Positions 39,001 through 55,901 of a stretch of 64,000 nt of DNA are shown here, in pieces. The notes below the pieces were generated by a model, which worked only from the letters and a program-made list of their open reading frames with translations, was not told where the DNA came from and did no database searches. The DNA comes from Octopus sinensis (Eukaryota), in NCBI RefSeq assembly GCF_006345805.1, contig NW_021836309.1, positions 1 through 64,000 on the forward strand, read 5' to 3'. The position numbers and the translations under genes were made by a program. Numbering within the stretch: the stretch's first letter is position 1; every line of letters begins with the position of its first letter.

Positions 39001-42000
39001 TGTATGCATGTATGTATGTATGTATGTATGTATATATGTATGCATGTATGTTATATGTATGCATGTATGTATGTATGCATGAATGTATGCATGTATGTAT
39101 GTATGTATAAATGAGTGTATGTATGTATGTATGTATGTGTGTATGTATGTATGGCATGCATGTATGTATGTATGTATGTATGTGTGTATGTAAGTATGTA
39201 TGTATGCATGTATGTATGTATGTATGTATGCATGCATGTATGTATTTATGTATGTCTGTATGTATGTATGTATGTATGTATCTATGTATGTGTGTATGTA
39301 TGTATGTATGTATGTGTGTGTCTATTATATATGTGTGTATGTATGTGTGTATTTATGTTTGTATGTATGTATGTATGTTTGTATGTATCTATGTATGTGT
39401 GTATGTATGTACGTAAGTATATGTGTATGTATGTATGTATGTATGTATGTGTGTATGTATGTATGTATGTATGTATGTATGTGTGTATGTATGCATGTAT
39501 GTATTTACATGTGTATGTATGTATCTATGTATGTATGTATGTATGTATGTATGTATGTGTTTGTCTGTTATATATGTGTGTATGTATGTGTGTATGTATG
39601 TATGTATGTATATTTGTATGTATGTATGTATGTGTGTATGTATGTATGTAAGTATGTGTGTATGTATGTTTGTATGTATGTGTGTATGTATGTATGTATG
39701 TATGTATGGGTGTATGTATGCATGTATGTATGTATGTTTGTATGCATGTATATATGTATGTATGTATGTTTGTATGTATGTATATATGTATGTATGTATG
39801 CATGTATGTATGTATGTATATATGTATGTATGTTTGTATGTATGTATGTATGTATATATGTATGTATGTATGTATGTGTGTATGTATGTATATATGTATG
39901 TATGTATGTATGTATGTAGGTATGCATGTATGTATGTATGTATGTATGTATGTATGCATGTACGTATATATGTATTTATACATGTATGTTTGTATGTATG
40001 TATGTGTGTAGGTAGGTATGTATGTATCTATGTGTGTATGTATGTATGTATGTATGTTTGCATGTATGTATGTATGTAAGTATGTATGCATGTATGTATG
40101 TATGAATGTATGCATGCATGCATGTATGTATGTATGTATGTATATAGTATGTATGCTTACCTGCATGTATGTATGTATGTATGTTGTGTATGTATGTATG
40201 TATGTATGTTATGTATGTTTGTATATGTATGTTTGCATGTATCTATGTTTGTATGCATGCATGTATGTATGTATGTATGTGTGTATGTATGTATGTATGC
40301 ATGTATGTATGTATGTATGTGTGTATGTGTGTGTGTATGTATGTATGCATGTATGTATATATGCATGCATGTATGTATGCATGTATATATGCATGAATGT
40401 ATGCATGTATGTATGTATATATGCATGTATGTATGTATGTATGTATGTATGTGTGTATGTATGTATGCATGCATGTATGTATGTATGTATGTGTGTATGT
40501 AAGTATGTATGTATGTATGCATGTATGTATGTATGTATGCATGCATGTATGTATGTATGTGAGTATATATGTATGTATGTATCTATGTATATGTGTATGT
40601 ATGTATGTATGTATGTGTGTGTCTATTATATATGTGTGTATGTATGTGTGTATGTATGTATGTATGTATGCATGTATGCATGTATGTATGTATGTGTGTA
40701 TATCTGTGTGTATGTATGTATGCATGTATGTATATATGCATGCACGTATGTATGTATGTATCTATGTATGTATGCATGTATTATGTATGTATATATGTAT
40801 GCATGTATGTATGTATGTATGCATGTATGTATGTATGCATGAATGTATGCATGTATGTATGTATGTATAAATGAGTGTATGTATGTATGTATGTATGTAT
40901 GTATGTGTGTATGTATGTACGCATGCATGTATGTATGTATGTATGTGTGTATGTAAGTATGTATGTATGTATGCATGTATGTATGTATGTATGCATGCAT
41001 GTATGTATGTATGTATGTGTGTATGTATGTATGTATGTATGTATGTGTGTATCTATGTATGTATGTATGTGTGTGTCTATTATATATGTGTGTATGTATG
41101 TGTGTATGTATGTTTGTATGTATGTATGTATGTTTGTATGTATCTATGTATGTGTGTATGTATGTACGTAAGTATATGTGTATGTATGTATGTATGTATG
41201 TATGTATGTATGTATGTCTGTGTGTATGTATGTGTGTATGTATGTATGTGTGTATGTATGCATGTATGTATTTACATGTGTATGTATGTATCTATGTATG
41301 TATGCATGTATGTATGTGTTTGCCTGTTATATATGTGTGTATGTATGTGTGTATCTATGTATGTATGTATATTTGTATGTATGTATGTACGTGTGTATGT
41401 ATGTATGTAAGTATGTGTGTATGTATGTTTGTATGTATGTGTGTATGTATGTTTGTATGTATGTGTGTATGTATGCATGTATGTATGTATGTTTGTATGC
41501 ATGTATATATGTATGTATGTATGTTTGTATGTATGTATATATGTATGTATGTATGTATGCATGCATGTATGTATGTATATATGTATGTATGTATGTTTGT
41601 ATGTATGTATGTATGTATGTAATATGTATGTTTGTATGTATGTTTGTATGTATGTATATATGTATGTATGTATGTAGGTATGCATGTATGTATGTATGTA
41701 TGTATGTATGTATGCATGTACGTATATATGTATTTATACATGTATGTTTGTATGTGTGTATGTGTGTAGGTAGGTATGTATGTATGTATCTATGTGTGTA
41801 TGTATGTATGTATGTTTGCATGTATGTATGTGTATGTACGTATGTATGCATGTATGTATGTATGAATGTATGCATGCATTCATGTATGTATGTATGTATG
41901 TATGTATGCTTACCTGCATGTATGTATGTATGTATGTGTGTATGTATGTATGTATGTTTGTATGTATGTATGTTTGCATGTATCTATGTATGTATGCATG

Positions 42001-43432
42001 CATGTATGTATGTATGTATGTATGTATGTGTGTATGTATGTATGTATGTATGTATGTATGTATGTATGTATGTATGTGTGTATGTATGTATGTGTGTATG
42101 TATGTATGCATGTATGTATATATGCTTGCATGTATGTATGTATGTATGCATGTATGTATGTATGTATGTATGTATGTATGCATGTATGTATGTATGTATG
42201 CATGTATGTATGCATGAATGTATGCATGTATGTATGTATGTATATATGCATGTATGTATGTATGTATGTATGTATGTGTGTATGTATGTATCCATGCATG
42301 TATGTATGTATGTATGTGTGTATGTAAGTATGTATGTATGTATGCATGTATGTATGTATGTATGTATGCATGCATGTATGTATGTATGTATGTATGTATG
42401 TATCTATGTATGTGTGTATGTATGTATGTATGTGTGTGTCTATTATATATGTGTGTATGTATGTGTGTATGTATGTATGTATGTATGTTTGTATGTATGT
42501 ATGTATGTGTGTGTGTATGTATGTAAATATGTTATGTATGTATGTATGTATGTGTGTATGTATGTATGTATGTGTGTATGTATGCATGTATGTATGTACA
42601 TGTGTATGTATGTATCTATGTAAGTATGTATGTATGTATGTGTGTGTCTATTATATATGTGTGTATGTATGTGTGTATGTATGTATGTATGTATGTTTGT
42701 ATGTATGTATGTATGTGTGTATGTATGTATGTACGTATGTGTGTATGTATGTATGTATGTATGTATGTATGTGTGTATGTATGTATGTATGTATGTGTGT
42801 ATGTATGCATGTATGTATGTACATGTGTATGTATATATCTATGTATGTATGTATGTATGTGTGTGTGTGTCTATTATGTATGCGTGTATGTGTGTGTGTA
42901 TGTATGTATATATGCATGTGTGTATGTATGTATGTTTGTATGTATACATGCATGTATGTATGTTTGTATGTATGTATGTGTGTATGTATGTATGCATGTA
43001 TGTATGTATGCATCTATGTATGTATGTATGTATGCATGTATGTTTGTATGTATGGTTGTATGTATGCATGTATGTATGTATATATGTATGCATGCATGTA
43101 TATATGTATGTGTGTATGTGTGTATGTACGTATGTATGTATGTGTGTGTGTCTATTATGTATGTGTGTATGTATAAGTGTAAGTATGTATGTATGTATGT
43201 ATGTTTGTATGTATGTATGTATGTACGTATGCATGTATGTATGTTAGTATGTGTGTATGTACGTATTCATGTATGTATGTGTGTATGTATGTATGTGTGT
43301 ATTATGTATGTATGTATTTGTGTATGTATGTATATATGTATGTATGTGTGTGTCTATTATGTATTATGTATGCATGTATGTATGTATGTATGCATGTATG
43401 CATGTATGTATGTATGTATGTGTGTATGTATG

Positions 43433-43465
<33 letters not shown>

Positions 43466-43849
43466 GTGTGTCTATTATGTATGTGTACATGTATGTGTGT
43501 ATGTATGTATGTATGTATGTGTGTGTGTATGTATGTAAGTATGTATGTATGTATGTATGTATGTAAGTATGTGTGTATGTATGTATGTATGTATGTATGT
43601 ATGTATGTATGTAGTGTGTATGTATGTATGTGTATGTATGTATGTATGGATGTGTCTATTATGTATGTGTTTATGTATGTGTGCATGTATGTATGTATGT
43701 ATATATGTATGTATGTATGTATGAATGAATGTATGTATGTATGTATATATGTATGCATGTTTGTATGTATGTACGTATTTTATGTATGTATGTATGTATG
43801 TATGCAGGCATGTATGTATGTATGTATGCATGTATGTATGTATGTATGG

Positions 43850-43880
<31 letters not shown>

Positions 43881-46800
43881 CATGAATGTATGTATGTATA
43901 TATGTATGCATGCATGTTTGTATGTATGTATATATGCATGTATGTATGTAGGTATGAATGTATGTATATATATGTATGTGTGTATGTATCTATGTATGTA
44001 TGTATGCATGTATGTATATATGTATGCATGTATGTATGTTTGTATGTGTGTATGTATGTATATATGCATTCATGTATGTATGTATGTGTGTATGTATGTA
44101 TGCATGCCTGTATGTATGTATGTGTGTATGTATGCATGTATGTATGTATGTATGTATGTATGCATGTATGTATGTATGTATGCATGTATGTATGCATGAA
44201 TGTATGCATGTGTGTATGTATGTATATATGCATGTATGTATGTATATATGTATGTGTATGTATGTATGCATGCATGTATGTATGTAAGTATGTGTGTATG
44301 TAAGTATGTATGTATGTATGTATGTATGTATATGTATGCATGCATGTATGTATGTATGTATGTGTGTATGTATGTATGTATGTATGTATCTATGTATGTG
44401 TGTATGTATGTATGTATGTATGTGTGTGTCTATTATATATGTGTGTATGTATGTCTGTATGTATGTATGTATGTATGCATGTATGCATGTATGTATGTAT
44501 GTGTGTATGTCTGTGTGTATGTATGTATGCATGTATGTATATATGCATGCATGTATGTATGTATGTATGTATGTATGCATGTATGTATGTATGTATGTAT
44601 GTATATATGTATGCATGTATGTATGTATGTATGCATGTATGTATGTATGCATGAATGTATGCATGTATGTATGTATGTATAAATGAGTGTATGTATGTAT
44701 GTATGTATGTGTGTATGTATGTATGCATGCATGTATGTATGTATGTATGTGTGTATGTAAGTATGTATGTATGTATGCATGTATGTATGTATGTATGCAT
44801 GCATGTATGTATTTATGTATGTGTGTATGTATGTATGTATGTATGTATCTATGTATGTGTGTATGTATGTATGTATGTATGTGTGTGTCTATTATATATG
44901 TGTGTATGTATGTGTGTATGTATGTTTGTATGTATGTATGTATGTTTGTATGTATCTATGTATGTGTGTATGTATGTACGTAAGTATATGTGTATGTATG
45001 TATGTATGTATGTATGTGTGTATGTATGTATGTATGTATGTATGTATGTGTGTATGTATGCATGTATGTATTTACATGTGTATGTATGTATCTATGTATG
45101 TATGTATGTATGTATGTATGTGTTTGTCTGTTATATATGTGTGTATGTATGTGTGTATGTATGTATGTATGTATATTTGTATGTATGTATGTATGTGTGT
45201 ATGTATGTATGTAAGTATGTGTGTATGTATGGGTGTATGTATGCATGTATGTATGTATGTTTGTATGCATGTATATATGTATGTATGTATGTTTGTATGT
45301 ATGTATATATGTATGTATGTATGCATGTATGTATGTATGTATATATGTATGTATGTTTGTATGTATGTATGTATGTATGTATATATGTATGTATGTATGT
45401 ATGTTTGTATGTATGTATATATGTATGTATGTATGTATGTATGTAGGTATGCATGTATGTATGTATGTATGTATGTATGCATGTACGTATATATGTATTT
45501 ATACATGTATGTTTGTATGTATGTATGTGTGTAGGTAGGTATGTATGTATCTATGTGTGTATGTATGTATGTATGTATGTTTGCATGTATGTATGTATGT
45601 AAGTATGTATGCATGTATGTATGTATGAATGTATGCATGCATGCATGTATGTATGTATGTATGTATGTATGTATGCTTACCTGCATGTATGTATGTATGT
45701 ATGTATGTGTGTATGTATGTATGTATGTTTGTATGTATGTATGTTTGCATGTATCTATGTTTGTATGCATGCATGTATGTATGTATGTATGTATGTGTGT
45801 ATGTATGTATGTATGCATGTATGTATGTATGTATGTGTGTATGTATGTGTGTATGTATGTATGCATGTATGTATATATGCATGCATGTATGTATGCATGT
45901 ATATATGTATGAATGTATGCATGTATGTATGTATGTATATATGCATGTATGTATGTATGTATGTATGTATGTATGTGTGTATGTATGTATGCATGCATGT
46001 ATGTATGTATGTATGTGTGTATGTAGTATGTATGTATTATGCAGTATGTATGTATGTATGTTGTATGTATGTATGTATGTGAGTATTATGTATGTATGTA
46101 TCTATGTATGTGTGTATGTATGTATGTATGTATATGTGTGTCTATTATATATGTGTGTATGTATGTGTGTATGTATGTATGTATGTATGCATGTATGCAT
46201 GTATGTATGTATGTGTGTATGTCTGTGTGTATGTATGTATGCATGTATGTATATATGCATGCATGTATGTATGTATGTATCTATGTATGTATGCATGTAT
46301 GTATGTATGTATGTATATATGTATGCATGTATGTATGTATGTATGCATGTATGTATGTATGCATGAATGTATGCATGTATGTATGTATGTATAAATGAGT
46401 GTATGTATGTATGTATGTATGTATGTGTGTATGTATGTACGCATGCATGTATGTATGTATGTATGTTTGTATGTAAGTATGTATGTATGTATGCATGTAT
46501 GTATGTATGTATGCATGCATGTAGTATGTATGTATGTATGTGGTGTATGTATGTATGTATGTATGTATCTATGTATGTGTGTATGTGTATGTATGTATGT
46601 GTGTGTCTATTATATATGTGTGTATGTATGTGTGTATGTATGTTGTATGTATGTATGTATGTTTGTATGTATCTATGTATGTTGATATGTATGTACGTAA
46701 GTATATGTTGTATGTATGTATGTATGTATGTATGTATGTATTAATGTATGTCTGTGTGTATGTATGTGTGTATGTATGTATGTGTGTATGTATGCATGTA

Positions 46801-48573
46801 TGTATTTACATGTGTATGTATGTATCTATGTATGTATGCATGTATGTATGTGTTTGCCTGTTATATATGTTGTATGGGTGTGTATCTATGTATGTATGTA
46901 TATTTGTATGTATGTATGTACGTGTGTATGTATGTATGTAAGTATGTGTGTATGTATGTTTGTATGTATGTGTGTATGTATGTATGTATGTGTGTATGTA
47001 TGCATGTATGTATGTATGTTTTGTATGCATGTATATATATGTATGTATGTTTGTATGTATGTATATATGTATGTATGTATGTATGCATGTATGTATGTAT
47101 GTATATATGTATGTATGTATGTTTGTATGTATGTATGTATGTATATATGTATGTTTGTATGTATGTTTGTATGTATGTATATATGTATGTATGTATGTAT
47201 GTAGGTATGCATGTATGTATGTATGTATGTATGTATGTATGTATGCATGTACGTATATATGTATTTATACATGTATGTTTGTATGTATGTATGTGTGTAG
47301 GTAGGTATGTATGTATGTATCTATGTGTGTATGTATGTATGTATGTTTGCATGTATGTATGTATGTATGTACGTATATATGCATGTATATATGTATGAAT
47401 GTATGCATGCATTCATGTATGTATGTATGTATGTATGTATGCTTACCTGCATGTATGTATGTATGTATGTTGTATGTATGTATGTTGTGTTTGTATGTAT
47501 GTATGTTTGCATGTATTATGTATGTATGCATGCATGTATGTATGTATGTATGTATGTATGTATGTGTATGTATGTATGTATGCATGTATGTATGTATGTT
47601 ATGTGTGTATGTATGTATGTGTGTATGTATGTATGCATGTATGTATATATGCATGCATGTATGTATGTATGTATGCATGTATGTATGTATGTATGATGTA
47701 TGTATGCATGTATGTTGTATGTATGCATGTATGTATGCATGAAGTATGCATGTATGTATGTATGTATATATGCATGTATGTTGTATGTTGTATGTATGTA
47801 TGTATGTGTGTATGTATGTATCCATGCATGTATGTATGTATGTATGTGTGTATGTAAGTATGTATGTATGTATGTATGTATGTATGTGTGTATGTATGTA
47901 TGCATGAATGTATGTATGTATATATGTATTCATGCATTTTGTATGTATGTTATATGCATGTATGTATGTATGTATGAAAGTATGTATGTATATTGTATGT
48001 GTGTATGTATGTATGTATGTATGTATGCATGTATGTATATATGTATGCATGTATGTATGTTTGTATGTGTGTATGTATGTATATATGCATTCATGTATGT
48101 ATGTATGTGTGTATGTATGTATGCATGCCTGTATGTATGTATGTGTGTATGTATGTATGTATGTATGTATGCATGTATGTATGTATGTAAGTGTGTAAAT
48201 ATGTATGTATGTATGTATGTGTGTGTCTATTATGTATGTGTGTATGTATGTGTGTATGTATGTATATATGCATGTGTGTATGTATGTATGTCTGTATGTA
48301 TGTATATATGCATGTATGTATGTGTGTATGTTTTTATGTATGCATGCATGTATGTATGTATGTATGTATGTAATATGTATGTGTGTATGTGTGTATCTAT
48401 GTTTGTATGTATGTATGAATGTATGTATGCATGTAAGCATGTATGTATGTATGTATGTATGCATGTATGTATGTATGTATGTGTGTAGGTATGTATGTAT
48501 GCATGTATGTATGTATGTATGCATGTATGTATGTATGTTTGTATGCATGTGTGTTTGTATGTTTGTAAGTATG

Positions 48574-48607
<34 letters not shown>

Positions 48608-50442
48608 GGTATACATGTATGTATGTATGTATGTATGCATGTACGTATGTATGTATTTATACATGTATGTATGTATGTATGTATGTAGGTAGGTATGCAT
48701 GTATGTATGTATCTATGTGTGTATGTATGTATGTATGTTTGCATGTATGTATGTATGTACGTATGTATGCATGTATGTATGTTTGTACATGTGTATGTAT
48801 GTATATATGTATGTATGTATGTATGTGTGTGTCTATTATGTATGTTTGTATGTATGTATGTGGTAGGTATGTATGTATGTATGTATCTATGTATGTATGT
48901 ATGTATGTATGTATGTATGTATGTATGTATGTATGTATGTATGCATGTATGTATGTATGTATGTATGCATGCTGCATGTATGTATGTATGTATGTATGTA
49001 TGTATGCTTACCTGCATGTATGTATGTATGTATGTTGTGTATGTATGTATGTATGTTTGTATGTCTGTATGTTTGTATGTATCTATGTTTGTATGTATGC
49101 ATTGTATGTATGTATGTATGTATGGTGTGTATGTATGTATGTATGTATGCATGTATGTATGTATGTATGTGATGTATGTATGTGTGTATGTATGTATGCA
49201 TGTATGTATATATGCATGCGTGTATGTATGTATGTATGTATGTATGCATGTATGTATGTATGTATGTATGTATACATGTATGCATGTATGTATGTATTTA
49301 TATGCATGTATGTATGCATGTATGTATGCATGTATGTATGTAATTGCTGTATGTATCTATGTATGTATGTATGTATGTATGTATGTATGTATGCATGCAT
49401 GTATGTATGTATGTATGTGTGTATGTAAGTATGTATGTATGTATGCATGTAATGCATGTATGTATGCATGCATGTATGTATTATGTATGTTGTATGTATG
49501 TATGTATGTATGTATGTATGTATGTGTTGTATGTATGTATGTATGTATGTATGTGTGTATGTTTGTGTATAATTATATATGTGGTGTATGTATGTGGTGT
49601 ATGTATGTATGTATGTAATGTATGTATGCATGTATGTATGTAATGTGTGTATGTTGTGTGTATGTATGTATGCATGTATGTATATATGCATGCATGTATG
49701 TATGTATGTATGTATGCATGCATTTATGTATGTATGTATGTATGTATATATGTATGCATGTATGTATGTATGTATGCATGTATGTATGTATGCATGAATG
49801 TATGCATGTATGTATGTATGTATAAATGAGTGTATGTATGTATGTATGTATGTATGTGTGTATGTATGTATGCATGCATGTATGTATGTATGTATGTGTG
49901 TATGTATGTATGTATGTATGTATCTATGTATGTGTGTATGTATGTATGTATGTATGTGTGTGTCTATTATATATGTGTGTATGTATGTGTGTATGTATGT
50001 TTGTATGTATGTATGTATGTTTGTATGTATCTATGTATGTGTGTATGTATGTACGTAAGTATATGTGTATGTATGTATGTATGTATGTATGTATGTATGT
50101 GTGTATGCATGTATGTATGCATGTGTGTATGTATACATGTATGTATTTACATGTGTATGTATGTATCTATGTATGTATGTATGTATGTATGTGTTTGTCT
50201 GTTATATATGTGTGTATGTATGTGTGTATGTATGTATGTATATTTGTATGTATGTATGTATGTGTGTATGTATGTATGTAAGTATGTGTGTATGTATGTT
50301 TATATGTATGTGTGTATGTATGTATATATGTATGTATGTATGTATGCATGTATGTATGTATGTATATATGTATGTATGTATGTTTTTATGTATGTATGTA
50401 TGTATGTATATATGTATGTATGTATGTATGTTTGTATGTACG

Positions 50443-50476
<34 letters not shown>

Positions 50477-52529
50477 GGTATGCATGTATGTATGTATGTA
50501 TGTATGTATGCATGTACGTATATATGTATTTATACAGGTATGTTTGTTTGTATGTATGTGTGTAGGTAGGTATGTATGTATGTATCTATGTTTGTATGTA
50601 TGTATGTATGTATGTTTGCATGTATGTATGTATGTACGTATGTATGCATGTATGTATGTATGAATGTATGCATGCATGCATGTATGTATGTATGTATGTA
50701 TGTATGCTTACCTGCATGTTTGTATGTATGTATGTATGTGTGTATGTATGTATGTATGTTTGTATGTATGTATGTTTGCATGTATCTATGTATGTATGCA
50801 TGCATGTATGTATGTATGGATGTATGTGTGTATGTATGTATGTATGCATGTATGCATGTATGTATGTATGTGTGTATGTATGTGTGTATGTATGTATGCA
50901 TGTATGTATATATACATGCATGTATGTATGTATGTATGTATGCATGTATGTATGTATGTATGTATGTATGTATGCATGTATGTATGTATGTATGCATGTA
51001 TGTATGCATGAATGTATGCATGGATGTATGTATGTATATATGCATGTATGTATGTATGTATGTATGTATGTATGTGTGTATGTATGTATGCATGCATGTA
51101 TGTATGTATGTATGTGTGTATGTAAGTATGTATGTATGTATGCATGTATGTATGTATGTATGCATGCATGTATGTATGTATGTATGTGTGTATGTATGTA
51201 TGTATGTATCTATGTATGTGTGTATGTATGTATGTATGTATGTGTGTGTCTATTATATATGTGTGTATGTATGTGTGTATGTATGTATGTATGTATGTTT
51301 GTATGTATGTATGTATGTGTGTATGTATGTATGTAAATATGTGTGTATGTATGTATGTGTGTATGTATGTGTGTATGTATGTATGTATGTATGTGTGTAT
51401 GTATGCATGTATGTATGTACATGTGTATGTATGTATCTATGTATGTATGTATGTATGTGTGTGTCTATTATATATGTGTGTATGTATGTGTGTATGTATG
51501 TATGTATGTTTGTATGTATGTATGTATGTGTGTATGTATGTATGTACGTATGTGTGTATGTATGTATGTATGTATGTGTGTATGTATGTATGTATGTATG
51601 TGTGTATGTATGCATGTATGTATGTTTGTATGTATGTATGTGTGTATGTATGTATGCATGTATGTATGTATGTATGCATCTATGTATGTATGTATGTATG
51701 CATGTATGTTTGTATGTATGGTTGTATGTATGCATGTATGTATGTATATATGTATGTATGCATGTATGTATGTATGTATGTATGTGTGTATGTACGTATG
51801 TATGTATGTGTGTGTGTCTATTATGTATGTGTGTATGTATAAGTGTATGTATGTATGTATGTATGCATGTTTGTATGTATGTATGTATGTACGTATGTAT
51901 GTATGTATGTAAGTATGTGTGTATGTACTTATTGATGTATGTATGTGTGTATGTATGTATGTGTGTATTATGTATGTATGTATTTGTGTATGTATGTATA
52001 TATGTATGTATGTGTGTGTCTATTATGTATTATGTATGCATGTATGTATGTATGTATGCATGTATGGCATGTATGTATGTATGTGTGTATGTATGTAGAT
52101 GTATGTATGTATGTAGTGTGTCTATTATGTATGTGTACATGTATGTGTGTATGTATGTATTTATATATGTGTTGTGTGTATGTATGTAAGTATGTATGTG
52201 TGTATTATTGTATGTAAGTATGTGTGTATGTATGTATGTATGTATGTATGTCATTATATGTATGTATGTATGTATGTGTGTATGTGTGTATGTATGTACA
52301 TGTGTATGTATGTATGTATGGATGTGTCTATTATGTATATGTGTGTATGTATGTGTGCATGTATGTATGTATGTATGTATATATGTATGTATGTATGAAT
52401 GAATGTATGTATGTATATATTGTATATATGTATGCATGTTTGTATGTATGTACGAATTATGTATGTATGTATGTATGTATGCAGGCATGTATGTATGTAT
52501 GTATGTATGCATGTATGTATATGTATGTC

Positions 52530-52560
<31 letters not shown>

Positions 52561-53573
52561 GCATGAATGTATGTATGTATATATGTATGTATGCATGTCA
52601 TGTTTGTATGTATGTATATATGCATGTATGTATGTAGGAATGATGTATGTTATATATATGTATGTGTGTATGTATCTATGTATGTATGTATGCATGTATG
52701 TATGTATGTATGCATGTATGTATGTTTGTATGTGTGTATGTATGTATATATGCATTCATGTATGTATGTATGTGTGTATGTATGTATGCATGCCTGTATG
52801 TATGTATGTATGTGTGTATGTATGTATGTATGTATGTATGCATGTATGTATGTATGTAAGTGTGTATGTATGTATGTATGTATGTATGTGTGTGTCTATT
52901 ATGTATGTGTGTATGTATGTGTGTATGTATGTATATATGCATGTGTGTATGTATGTATGTCTGTATGTATGTATATATGTATGTATGTATGTATGTGTGT
53001 ATGTTTTTATGTATGCATGCATGTATGTATGTATGTATGTATGTATGTGTGCATGTGTGTATCTATGTGTGTATGTATGTATGAATGTATGTATGCATGT
53101 AAGCATGTATGTATGTATGTATGCATGTATGTATGTATGTATGTGTGTAGGTGTGTATGTATGCATGTATGTATGTTGTATGTATGTATGTATGCATGTA
53201 TGTATGTATGTTTGTATGCATGTGTGTTTGTATGTTTGTAAGTATGTATATATGTATGTATGTATGTTTGTAGGTATACATGTATGTATGTATGTATGTA
53301 TGTATGCATGTACGTATGTATGTATTTATACATGTATGTATGTATGTATGTATGTATGTATGTAGGTAGGTATGCATGTATGTATGTATCTATGTGTGTA
53401 TGTATGTATGTATGTTTGCATGTATGTATGTATGTACGTATGTATGCATGTATGTATGTTTGTACATGTGTATGTATGTATATATGTATGTATGTATGTA
53501 TGTGTGTGTCTATTATGTATGTGTGTATGTATGTATATATGCATGTATGTATGTATGTATGCCTGTATGTATG

Positions 53574-53607
<34 letters not shown>

Positions 53608-54836
53608 TGTGTGTATGTATGTATGTATGCATGCATGTATGTATGTATGTATGTATATATGTATGTATGTATGTATGTAGGTATGCATGTATGTATGTAT
53701 GTATGTATGTATGTATGTATGTATGCATGTACGTATATATGTATTTATACATGTATGTTTGTATGTATGTATGTGTGTAGGTAGGTATGTATGTATGTAT
53801 CTATGTATGTATGTATGTATGTATGTTTGTATGTATGTATGTATGTACATATGTATGCATGTATGTATGTATGAATGTATGCATGCATGCATGTATGTAT
53901 GTATGTATGTATGTATGTATGTATGCTTACCTGCATGTATGTTTGTATGTGTGTATGTGTGTATGTATGTATGTATGCATGTATGTATGTATGTATGCAT
54001 CTATGTATGTATGTATGTATGTATGTATGTATGTTTGTATGTATGGTTGTATGTATGCATGTATGTATGTATATATGTATGTATGCATGTATGTATGTAT
54101 GTATGTATGTGTGTATGTACGTATGTATGTATGTGTGTGTGTCTATTATGTATGTGTGTATGTATAAGTGTATGTATGTAAGTATGTATGCATGTTTGTA
54201 TGTATGTATGTATGTACATATGTATGTATGTATGTAAGTATGTGTGTATGTACTTATTGATGTATGTATGTGTGTATGTATGTATGTGTGTATTATGTAT
54301 GTATGTATTTGTGTATGTATGTATATATGTATGTATGTGTGTGTCTATTATGTATTATGTATGCATGTATGTATGTATGTATGCATGTATGCATGTATGT
54401 ATGTATGTGTGTATGTATGTATGTATGTATGTATGTATGTGTGTGTCTATTATGTATGTGTACATGTATGTGTGTATGTATGTATTTATGTATGTGTGTG
54501 TGTATGTATGTAAGTATGTATGTGTGTATGTATGTATGTAAGTATGTGTGTATGTATGTATGTATGTATGTTTGTATGTATGTATCTATGTATGTGTGTA
54601 TGTGTGTATGTATGTACATGTGTATGTATGTATGTATGGATGTGTCTATTATGTATGTGTGTATGTATGTGTGCATGTATGTATGTATGTATGTATATAT
54701 GTATGTATGAATGAATGTACGTATGTATGTATGTATATATGTATGCATGTGTGTATGTATGTACGATTTTATGTATGTATGTATGTATGAGGCATGTATG
54801 TATGTATGTATGTATGCATGTATGTATGATGTATGC

Positions 54837-54867
<31 letters not shown>

Positions 54868-55870
54868 CATGAATGTATGTATGTATATATGTATGTATGC
54901 ATGCATGTTTGTATGTATGTATATATGCATGTATGTATGTAGGAATGAATGTATGTATATATATGTATGTGTGTATGTATCTATGTATGTATGTATGCAT
55001 GTATGTATGTATGTATGCATGTATGTATGTTTGTATGTGTGTATGTATGTATATATGCATTCATGTTTGTATGTATGTGTGTATGTATGTATGCATGCCT
55101 GTATGTATGTATGCATGTGTGTATGTATGTATGTATGTATGTATGCATGTATGTATGTATGTAAGTGTGTATGTATGTATGTATGTGTGTGTCTATTATG
55201 TATGTGTGTATGTATGTGTGTATGTATGTATATATGCATGTGTGTATGTATGTATGTATGTATGTATGTATATATGTAAGTATGTATGTATGTGTGTATG
55301 TTTTTATGTATGCATGCATGTATGTATGTATGTATTTATGTATGTGTGCATATGTGTATCTATGTGTGTATGTATGTATGAATGTATGTATGCATGTAAG
55401 CATGTATGTATGTATGTATGCATGTATGTATGTATGTATGTGTGTAGGTGTGTATGTATGCATGTATGTATGTATGTATGTATGTATGCATGTATGTATG
55501 TATGTTTGTATGCATGTGTGTTTGTATGTTTGTAAGTATGTATATATGTATGTATGTATGTATGAATGTAGGTATACATGTATGTATGTATGTATGTATG
55601 TATGCATGTACGTATGTATGTATTTATACATGTATGTATGTATGTATGTATGTATGTAGGTAGGTATGCATGTATGTATGTATCTATGTGTGTATGCATG
55701 TATGTATGTTTGCATGTATGTATGTATGTACGTATGTATGCATGTATGTATGGTTGTACATGTGTATGTATGTATATATGTATGTATGTATGTATGTATG
55801 TGTGTGTCTATGATGTATGTGTGTATGTATGTATATATGCATGTATGTATGTATGTATGCCGTATGTATG

Positions 55871-55901
<31 letters not shown>

